Below are positions 50,773 through 50,863 of a stretch of 50,863 bases of DNA, piece by piece. The stretch is from contig JBFGJU010000001.1 of the NCBI GenBank assembly GCA_041577035.1, positions 1 through 50,863 on the forward strand, given 5' to 3'. The translations under genes were made by a program, and so were the position numbers. Each line of letters starts with the position of its first letter. Within the stretch, counting starts at the first letter, position 1. The notes below the pieces were generated by a model. The model made no database searches, was not told where the DNA came from, and was given only the letters and a program-made list of their open reading frames with translations. This DNA is from Thermodesulfovibrionales bacterium. GTDB lineage: Bacteria; Nitrospirota; Thermodesulfovibrionia; Thermodesulfovibrionales; UBA6898.

Positions 50773-50863
50773 CTACACACCCGACCCAAGCGCTCGGTCA
50801 AGATTAAATGCAGCACTGATCATGGCAAGGTGCGTAAAGGCCTGGGGAAAATTTCCAAGGGCT
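50773..50863 (-). CDS. partial CDS, C-terminus of a glycoside hydrolase family 15 (glucoamylase/trehalase-like) protein
   Basis: The minus-strand frame reads ALGNFPQAFTHLAMISAAFNLDRALGSGV*, with the stop at 50775-50773. GNFPQAF(S/T)H is the conserved GH15 C-terminal motif as I recall it. The ORF is below the ORF-track length cutoff. Confidence 0.5.
   Translation of the reverse strand, partial: ALGNFPQAFTHLAMISAAFNLDRALGSGV

Overview
This is a 50.9-kb, densely coding window with about 50 CDS and short intergenic gaps. It looks like chromosomal core from a diderm, probably anaerobic bacterium. Supporting signs are lipobox and Tat signals, an outer-membrane barrel, a Lol/MacB-type ABC system, GTP-PEPCK and an HspR-type heat-shock operon. 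The taxon cannot be assigned from sequence alone. By eye I found no rRNA, tRNA, CRISPR array, transposase, integrase or phage genes.

Gene order:
- yifB/comM-like ATPase, a lipoprotein and an FmdB zinc ribbon
- DUF1015-gap-pgk operon
- speH, then hisG-hisD
- GAF/HD-GYP phosphodiesterase, an unknown 361-aa protein, truA and an HD hydrolase
- heat-shock operon dnaJ-hspR-clpB-hsp20, followed by a stand-alone EncFtn-like ferritin
- pckG; mepK(DUF882)-ldtD(ycbB)-like pair; epimerase; SPOR-TPR protein
- response regulator-GGDEF; CPA2 antiporter plus RCK/USP regulator; citrate synthase
- PilZ; zinc-ribbon membrane protein; ChaN-like lipoprotein; rhomboid; aminotransferase
- a 7-kb same-strand run: histidine kinase, secreted MsrAB, DUF1614, GroES-like protein with a basic tail, a 53-aa Cys protein, LemA, M48 protease and DUF2238
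- a lipoprotein and a sugar nucleotidyltransferase
- a five-gene LolA-like / FtsX x2 / ABC ATPase / beta-barrel operon
- the 3' end of a GH15-like gene

I see no classical accessory island. The items most worth a second look are:
- the orphan EncFtn-like gene
- the GroES-like protein with an H1-like tail, together with its palindromic operator and the neighbouring tiny Cys protein
- the LemA-M48 (GYF plus two zinc ribbons) operon
- the Lol/MacB-like operon with its own LolA-like protein and barrel

All family assignments rest on motif recognition by eye. None has been verified by search.
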